Source of the DNA: Candidatus Rokuibacteriota bacterium | GTDB lineage: Bacteria > Methylomirabilota > Methylomirabilia > Rokubacteriales > CSP1-6 | Direction: 5' to 3' | Length of the DNA stretch: 53,764 nt | Assembly: GCA_005887895.1 (NCBI GenBank) | Contig: VBPC01000170.1 | Span: forward strand, 1 to 53,764 | In this document: in pieces, positions 47,920 to 53,764 of the stretch | Layout of the letters: the number at the start of each line of letters is the position of its first letter | Numbering within the stretch: position 1 is the first letter of the stretch | The notes under the pieces: generated by a model | The model's input: the letters and a program-made list of their open reading frames with translations, nothing else | The model's database searches: none | What the model was told of the DNA's origin: nothing | Made by a program: the position numbers and the translations under genes

Positions 47920-48588
47920 TCAGGCCAAAATCCGGGCGAGCCACTCCGCGATGTGGACCACCTCGGCGTCGCAGACGGAGTGGGGCATGGGGTACTCGTG
48001 CCACTCGACGCGATAGCCGAGCCGGGCGAGCGTGTCGCGCGCCTGGCGGGCGCGGTCGAGCGGGATGAGCGGATCGTGCGTGCCGTGGGCCATGAAGATC
48101 GGCGTCGCCCGGTTGGCCGCGCTGGCCTCGCCCGGGAGGTGATCGGCGAGCGGCAGGAAGCACGACAACCCCATGAGGCCGGCCAGGCGCTCGGGATGCC
48201 GCAGCCCGGTGTGCAGTGCCATGGCCCCGCCCTGCGAGAAGCCGGCCAGCACGACGCGGTCGGCGGCGATCCCGCGCGATGTCTCGCGCGCGATCAGCGC
48301 CTCGATGCGCGCCTGCGACTCGCGCACGCCGCTCTCGTCCTCGCGGCGCCTGCCGACGTCGTCGCGCACGTCGTACCAGGCGCGCATCACCATGCCACGG
48401 TTGATCGTCACCGGCCGCATGGGCGCGTGCGGGAACACGAAGCGCACCGGCGCGGTCTGCAGACCGAGCGCCGGCACGAGGTCGACGAAATCGTAGCCGT
48501 CGGCGCCGAGCCCGTGCATCCAGAGCACCGCCGCCCGCGGCGACGGCGCCGTCTCGACCTCGAGCGCTTCCAGGAGGTCGCCGGCCAT
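47920..48588 (-). CDS. phospholipase/carboxylesterase (abhydrolase_2)
   Basis: WMHGLGADG.DF, PVTIN.G..MRAWYD, GFSQGG, AHGT.D, Y.M.HSVC. Confidence 0.93.
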   Translation of the reverse strand: MAGDLLEALEVETAPSPRAAVLWMHGLGADGYDFVDLVPALGLQTAPVRFVFPHAPMRPVTINRGMVMRAWYDVRDDVGRRREDESGVRESQARIEALIARETSRGIAADRVVLAGFSQGGAMALHTGLRHPERLAGLMGLSCFLPLADHLPGEASAANRATPIFMAHGTHDPLIPLDRARQARDTLARLGYRVEWHEYPMPHSVCDAEVVHIAEWLARILA

Positions 48589-48666
48589 GGACGGCATGCT
48601 ACCGCAGCGGGGGCGCGTCGGGACGGCGGAAGCGCCCGAGGGCTGGTCCGAGACCCAGGCGGCGAC

Positions 48667-50052
48667 TCACGCGCCCTCGCCGACCGGCACGGTGAGCGTC
48701 ACGCCACAGCCGCGCTCGGCGCCGTCGGTGACGGTCGCGGGGCCGATGGCGATGCCGCCGCCGTGGACCTCGGCCACTCGTCGCGCGAACGTCAGGCCGA
48801 GTCCGAATCCGGCCGGCGCGGCGCCGCCGGACGTGCGCGCAGGGTCGAGCCGGTAGAACGCGTCGAGCACGCGCTCGCGCGCGGCCGGCGCGATCCCCGG
48901 CCCCTCGTCGGCGACGGTGAAGGTCGCCCGGTCGCCGTCGCGGCCGGCGGTGAGCGTGATCGGCGGCGCGCCATACTTTGCGGCGTTCTCGACGAGGTTC
49001 CACAGCGCGCGGCGCAGGAGCGCCTCGTCGGCGACGAGCGTCAGCGACGGGCCCTCGGCCACGCGCACGGTCTTGCCGGCAATCGCCGGATCGCGCTGCG
49101 CGCGGTCGGCCAGCTCGCGCAGCAGCGCGCGGGCGTCCACCTCGGCCAGGCGCGTCGGCAAGCCGGTGGCGTCCAGCCTCGCGGTGGTGAGGACGTCGTC
49201 GATCAGGCGCTCCAGCTCGCCGAGGTCGCGCTCGGCCTCGGCCAGGCGCGCCTCGCCGGCACCCTCGCGCGGCAGGAGCGCCAGCGCCATCCGCAGGCGG
49301 GCCAGCGGCGACCGCAGCTCGTGCGAGACGTTCGCGAGCAGCTCCTTCTCGCCACGCACGAGCCGCTCCACGCGCTCGGCCATGTCGTTGAACGCGCGCG
49401 TGAGCTCGGCGATCTCGTCGGCGGGCCGGTCGCGACGCGGCCACGATGCCCGGCGCGCCGACGACAGCGGCACACGGGCCGCGAGATCCCCGCGCCCCAG
49501 GCGGCGGGCCGCCTCGGTGAGGCGCTCGAGCGGGCTCGACAGCCGCCGGGCCAGCGGGCGGGTCGCCACGGCCAGGACGACGAGCACGACGGCCACGAAG
49601 ATCAACGGACGCGCCAGCCCGAGCGGCCCCGAGCGCCGGGGCGCCGAGACCTCGACCACCGCGACGATCGCACCCGAGACCGGGTCGCGCACGGGCGCCA
49701 GGGCGTGGGGCGGGCGTCCGCGCACGAGGGCCTGGCCGCCGCGCACGGCCGCCAGCGTCGGCGCGGACGGCCGCGGCAGCGCCTCACCGGCGCCCGCGAG
49801 GACGCCCCCGTCGAGATCGCGCACGGCGACGTCGACGTCGAGCTCCGCGTGCAGTCGCTCGAGGCGCCGGGCGAGCGCGGGCGGATCGTGGAGGCGCTCG
49901 GCGGCCAGGCCGGCGGCGTGGCGGGCCATCCGCTCGCCCATGTCCCGCATCAGCATGCCCCGGTTGACGAGCGCGAAGATGAGACTCGTCGCCGCGCCGA
50001 CGACGAGGAGCACGAGCAGCGAGTGCAGATAGATGCGGGAGTGCAGCCTCAC
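48667..50052 (-). CDS. HAMP-domain sensor histidine kinase (CpxA-like)
   Basis: Two TM segments, HAMP, SHELRSPL, NLVENAAKY, DEGPG, GFGLGL. Confidence 0.92.
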   Translation of the reverse strand: MRLHSRIYLHSLLVLLVVGAATSLIFALVNRGMLMRDMGERMARHAAGLAAERLHDPPALARRLERLHAELDVDVAVRDLDGGVLAGAGEALPRPSAPTLAAVRGGQALVRGRPPHALAPVRDPVSGAIVAVVEVSAPRRSGPLGLARPLIFVAVVLVVLAVATRPLARRLSSPLERLTEAARRLGRGDLAARVPLSSARRASWPRRDRPADEIAELTRAFNDMAERVERLVRGEKELLANVSHELRSPLARLRMALALLPREGAGEARLAEAERDLGELERLIDDVLTTARLDATGLPTRLAEVDARALLRELADRAQRDPAIAGKTVRVAEGPSLTLVADEALLRRALWNLVENAAKYGAPPITLTAGRDGDRATFTVADEGPGIAPAARERVLDAFYRLDPARTSGGAAPAGFGLGLTFARRVAEVHGGGIAIGPATVTDGAERGCGVTLTVPVGEGA

Positions 50053-50759
50053 CGGGCGGGCCCCGGCCGCACGAGTGCGTAGCCGACGCCGCGCACCGTC
50101 TTGATGTAGCGCGGCGCCCGCGGGTCCTTCTCGAGCTTCGCGCGCAGCTTGGACACGTGCACGTCGATCGAGCGGTCGAAGGCCTCGTACTCCTGGCCTT
50201 TGAGCGCGTCCATCAGCTGCTCGCGCGAGAGCACGCGGCCGCCGGCGCGCGCCAGCGCCGCCAGCAGCTCGAACTCGTGGTGCGTGAGGACGACCCGGCG
50301 GCCGTCGAGCTCCACCTCGCGGGCGTCGAAGTCCACCGTCAGGCGCCCGGCCGTGAACCGCGCGCGCGGCGCGTCGGCCGCTCCGCGACGCAGCACCGCG
50401 CGCAGGCGGGCCAGCAACTCGCGGGGATTGAACGGCTTGGCCAGATAATCGTCGGCGCCCAGCTCGAGGCCGACGATCTTGTCGACGTCCTCGCCGCGCG
50501 CGGTCAGCATCAGCACCGGCAGCGCCCGCCACTCCGGAGTCGCCCGGATGCGCCGGCACACCTCCAGTCCGTCGATGCCGGGCAGCATCACGTCGAGCAG
50601 CACCACGTCGAAGCGGCCGCGGCGCAGCGCCGCCAGGCCGCGCTCCCCGTCGGCAACGACCGTCACGTCCACCTCGTGGCGGCCGAGATACTCGGCCACC
50701 ATCGAGGCCAGGCGGGCGTCGTCCTCCACGAGGAGCACGGCCGGGCGGTTCACGACCAT
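50049..50759 (-). CDS. OmpR/CpxR-family response regulator
   Basis: VEDD, LDVMLPG.DG, LTA, GADDY.AKPF, DRSIDVH, TVRGVGY. Confidence 0.95.
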   Translation of the reverse strand: MVVNRPAVLLVEDDARLASMVAEYLGRHEVDVTVVADGERGLAALRRGRFDVVLLDVMLPGIDGLEVCRRIRATPEWRALPVLMLTARGEDVDKIVGLELGADDYLAKPFNPRELLARLRAVLRRGAADAPRARFTAGRLTVDFDAREVELDGRRVVLTHHEFELLAALARAGGRVLSREQLMDALKGQEYEAFDRSIDVHVSKLRAKLEKDPRAPRYIKTVRGVGYALVRPGPAR

Positions 50760-50780
50760 TCGGCTACGCTCGCCGCGCGC

Positions 50781-51236
50781 TCAGCTGGGCGGTCCCGGAC
50801 GATGCGCGCGGATCCAGTCGGCCACCGCCTTGCGCTGCACGGTCGTGAGGACGTCGTGGACCTCGGTGATGGCCTGGCTGATCGCGTCGGCCACCTGCGT
50901 GCGCTCCGTCTCTCGCTGGGCCCGGAACGCCGCGACCTGGGCGGGATCGAGCGTGTCGCTCTCGAACAGGGCCAGCGCCTCCTCCATGTGCGTGCGCCGC
51001 GTCTGCCGCTGCGCCTCCAGGGCGGCGAACGCCCGGTCGCGTGAGGCGTAGATCGCGGTGCGCTGGTCCGCGGTGACGTTGGCGGCGGCCAGCGCGTCGT
51101 CGATCATCGCCGACACGAACCGTCGCATCATCTGCGGCCCGCCGCCGGGGCCGTGGGCGAAGGCGGCCGCGCTCATGATCATCCCGACCGCGAGCAGCGC
51201 CACCAGCGCCCCGAAGATCGTCCGTCGACTCAGCAT
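50781..51236 (-). CDS. Spy/CpxP-like periplasmic protein
   Basis: Signal peptide, LTxxQ-like motifs (VTADQR, VLTTVQR), helical; upstream of the regulator and kinase. Confidence 0.78.
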   Translation of the reverse strand: MLSRRTIFGALVALLAVGMIMSAAAFAHGPGGGPQMMRRFVSAMIDDALAAANVTADQRTAIYASRDRAFAALEAQRQTRRTHMEEALALFESDTLDPAQVAAFRAQRETERTQVADAISQAITEVHDVLTTVQRKAVADWIRAHRPGPPS

Positions 51237-51320
51237 GTCGTCCTCCTCGTGCAGGCTCGCATCCGTCCGGCCTGCACTCTCGAGGATCGACGCGGCGCGT
51301 GAAGGGCGTGTGTGGTGAAG

Positions 51321-51335
51321 GTAAAGATCTGTTAA
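51321..51335. promoter_or_regulatory. CpxR-like box GTAAA-N5-GTTAA
   Basis: GTAAAGATCTGTTAA about 85 bp upstream of the Spy/CpxP-like gene; one mismatch to GTAAA-N5-GTAAA. Confidence 0.55.
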
Positions 51336-52663
51336 GCCTCGGCCCAGATTTCGATGGCGTGATCGCGCCCGCGCAGCCCGCGGGCGCCCCGCGGCTGGAG
51401 ACCCTTCAGCAGGCCGGGATCGGCCGCCTCGCGCTGCACGGCCGTGACGAGATCCGCGCTGGCCACGAGGCGCGCCGGCAGCTCCCGCGTGAGCGACTGC
51501 AACCGGCTGGCGACGTTGATGGTGTCGCCCACGGTGGCGAAGGCCATGCTACGCGCGCTGCCGATGTCGCCGAGCACGGCCGGCCCGTAGTGCAGCCCGA
51601 CGCCCATCCGCAGCGCCGCCGCCCCGCCGGCGGTCCGCTCGCGGTTCCAGGACTCCAGCGCCTGCAGCATCCCGCGTGCGCAGGCGAGCGCGTCGGTCGC
51701 GTCGCGGCGGCCGGTATCCGGCACGCCGAAGGTCGCCAGCAGCGCGTCGCCGATGAACTTCTCGAGACAGCCGCCGTGGCGGAAGACCTCGTCCTCCATG
51801 CGCCCGTGGAAGCTGCGCAGCAGCGCCATGACGTCCTCCGGCGTCATGCTCTCGGCCAGCGTCGTGAAGCCGGCCAGGTCGGCGAACAGCACGCCGACCG
51901 CCTGCCGCCGTCCGCGGCCGAGCGGCTGGTCGCGCTCGGCCAGCACGTCCACGACCTTCGGCGAGAAGTAGCGCGCCAGGTTCGAGCGCTCGCGCTCCGC
52001 CTCGGCGCGCTCGGCCACCAGCGAGCGCGAGCGCCGCACCAGCACCGCCAGGCCGGCGCTCACGACGAGGAACACGATCACCTCGTTGCCGTACTTCAGC
52101 AGCGAGAGGTAGTTGGGGTCGAAGTACGAGCCGAGCAGCGTCGGCAGGTCGGTGACGAACGGTGGATCGGTGATGACGCCGGGCTGCCCCTTCACCCACA
52201 GGAAGGCCAGCGTCCAGGCACCGGCGCCGCACAGGCCCGTCCACAGCAGCAGCCGCGGCCGGAACGAGAAGGTCATCTGCATGAGCAGCACGAAGAAGAA
52301 GACGAAGCTCGCGTAGCGGAACGGCAGCGCTGGCGGCACCCGGACCGCCCAGAACGGGTTGGGCATGACGAGGACCGCGGCGAGCGCAAGCGACTCGATC
52401 AGGCTGAAGACGTAGGGCGCCGCCGGCGGCGGCTGCCGGCGCCGATAGAGCCACAGCTGGGCGAGACCGGTGACCAGGAAGACCGCCGCCGTGGCGATGA
52501 CCCAGGCCAGCGCGCGGCCCTGCTCGAGACTCGACGCGAGCAGCCACGCGATGATGACGACGACCGCTGCCGAGCGGGCGCCGGCGGCGACCATGAGCCC
52601 GCGCCGCTCCTCGCGCGCGAAGGCGGCCTCGGAGCGAGCGCGCGCGCCGTCGCCGGTGCTCAC
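51332..52663 (-). CDS. membrane-bound class III adenylate/guanylate cyclase
   Basis: About 6 TM segments, then LFADLAGFT, KFIGDA, GVGLH.G, GDTINVASRLQ, LRGR. Confidence 0.92.
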   Translation of the reverse strand: MSTGDGARARSEAAFAREERRGLMVAAGARSAAVVVIIAWLLASSLEQGRALAWVIATAAVFLVTGLAQLWLYRRRQPPPAAPYVFSLIESLALAAVLVMPNPFWAVRVPPALPFRYASFVFFFVLLMQMTFSFRPRLLLWTGLCGAGAWTLAFLWVKGQPGVITDPPFVTDLPTLLGSYFDPNYLSLLKYGNEVIVFLVVSAGLAVLVRRSRSLVAERAEAERERSNLARYFSPKVVDVLAERDQPLGRGRRQAVGVLFADLAGFTTLAESMTPEDVMALLRSFHGRMEDEVFRHGGCLEKFIGDALLATFGVPDTGRRDATDALACARGMLQALESWNRERTAGGAAALRMGVGLHYGPAVLGDIGSARSMAFATVGDTINVASRLQSLTRELPARLVASADLVTAVQREAADPGLLKGLQPRGARGLRGRDHAIEIWAEA

Positions 52664-53764
52664 CGCCGCTTCGGCGGGTGGGCGCGCACCGCGGCCTCGT
52701 CGACGTCGGTGCCCCAGCCCGGCCGCGTCGGCAGCGTCAGGTGGCCGTCCTTGATGTCGGGCTTGTGGGTCACGAGCTCGTCGTACCAGGGCACGGTGTC
52801 CGGATCGATCTCCATGATGCGCAGATTCGGCACCACGGCGCAGAAGTGGGCGTTCATCAGCGTGGCCAGATGGCCGTAGAAGTTGTGGGGCGCGACGTTG
52901 ACCTCGTAGGCGTCGGCCATGGCGGCGATCTTCACCGACTCGGCGACGCCGTTCCACGGCGTGTCGATGATGGCGACGTCGACCGACGCCTGCTCGAAGA
53001 ACGGCCGGTAGTCGCGGCGCCCGAACAGGCACTCGCAGGACGCCACCGGCATGCCGGCGCGTGAGCGGACGTAGGCCAGCGCGCGGGCGTCGCGCGTGTC
53101 GATCTCCACCCAGAAGATGTCGAACGGCTCGATGGCGCGCGCCACCTTCAAGAAGCCCTCCGTCTTGAAGTTGAAGTTCAGGTCCACCAGGAGGTCGACG
53201 TCCGGCCCGGCGCCCTCCCGGAAGGCGGCCAGCTGCTCGCGCACGGCCTCGAGCACGTGGCGGTCGGCGTTGAGCTCGGGGAAGCCGGGCCCCCGCCGCG
53301 CGAAGCCCGGCGAGTGCAGGTACGGCGCGGCGCCGAGCACGAACACGTTGGTCTTGAGCGCCGTGTAGCCACGTGCCACGACTTCCTTGCCGGCGAGGAC
53401 GCAGTCCTGCAACGTCCGCAGCGGTGGCAGCTGCATCTCCTTCGCCCACTGCAGCCGGTACGTCCCGCAGTGCGACCAGTAGAGCCGGATGCGGTCGCGC
53501 AGCGGCCCGCCCAGCAGCTCGTAGACCGGCACGCCGAGGGCCTTGGCCTTGAGGTCGAGCAGCGCGTTCTCGATGGCGCCGATCGCCTGCTGGACGACGC
53601 CGCCGGCCGCCTGCCGGCGCACGGCGTAGAGCTGGGCCACGATGGCCTCGTAGGCTCGCGGATCGCGGCCGACCACCATCGGCGCCAGCCCGTCGATCAC
53701 CGCCGATACGCCGAGCCCGCCGAACGACTCGTTGTACTCGCTCCAGCCGACGAGCCCGTCGTCG
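52660..53764 (-). CDS. mandelate racemase/galactonate dehydratase-like enolase-superfamily enzyme (5' end outside the window)
   Basis: GWSE, A.ENALLDLKAKALGVPVYELLGG, K-x-N, VAPHN, P.RPGWG. Confidence 0.92.
   Translation of the reverse strand, partial: DDGLVGWSEYNESFGGLGVSAVIDGLAPMVVGRDPRAYEAIVAQLYAVRRQAAGGVVQQAIGAIENALLDLKAKALGVPVYELLGGPLRDRIRLYWSHCGTYRLQWAKEMQLPPLRTLQDCVLAGKEVVARGYTALKTNVFVLGAAPYLHSPGFARRGPGFPELNADRHVLEAVREQLAAFREGAGPDVDLLVDLNFNFKTEGFLKVARAIEPFDIFWVEIDTRDARALAYVRSRAGMPVASCECLFGRRDYRPFFEQASVDVAIIDTPWNGVAESVKIAAMADAYEVNVAPHNFYGHLATLMNAHFCAVVPNLRIMEIDPDTVPWYDELVTHKPDIKDGHLTLPTRPGWGTDVDEAAVRAHPPKRR

Noticed and set aside
47785-50082. Long antisense ORFs (e.g. 765 aa here, 758 aa at 19851-22127) as overlapping genes
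   Set aside because: They mirror well-supported genes on the opposite strand and lack family motifs; such shadow frames are expected in high-GC DNA.

Overview
High-GC bacterial chromosome window. Gene content and repeat style suggest a Candidatus Rokubacteria/Methylomirabilota-like soil organism, which is an inference only. It is mostly catabolic and transport genes: five luciferase-like oxidoreductases, a Rieske oxygenase, a LigAB-type dioxygenase, a CoA-transferase, a peptide-type ABC system, two MFS transporters, ChrA, UdgX, MsrA, an AAA+/VWA pair, a molybdopterin oxidoreductase, a Cpx-like two-component module and an adenylate cyclase. The standout region, largely invisible in the ORF track, is a decaying integron at about 12,847-15,479 on the minus strand. 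It has four attC sites, an attI-like site and four cassettes (membrane protein, frameshifted DUF2971-like gene, hypothetical protein, and a toxin-antitoxin pair whose toxin carries a premature TAG). A truncated intI remnant is co-oriented with the cassettes. Other signals are a dispersed two-hairpin REP-like repeat family, one copy of which forms most of a probably leaderless uORF coupled to a molybdoenzyme gene; repeated leaderless-type and bidirectional promoters; a sigma-54 promoter; a CpxR-like box; a glycosyltransferase island; and many genes eroded by small deletions or frameshifts. No rRNA, tRNA, CRISPR array or intact transposase was recognised. All family assignments come from motif recognition by eye, not database searches.
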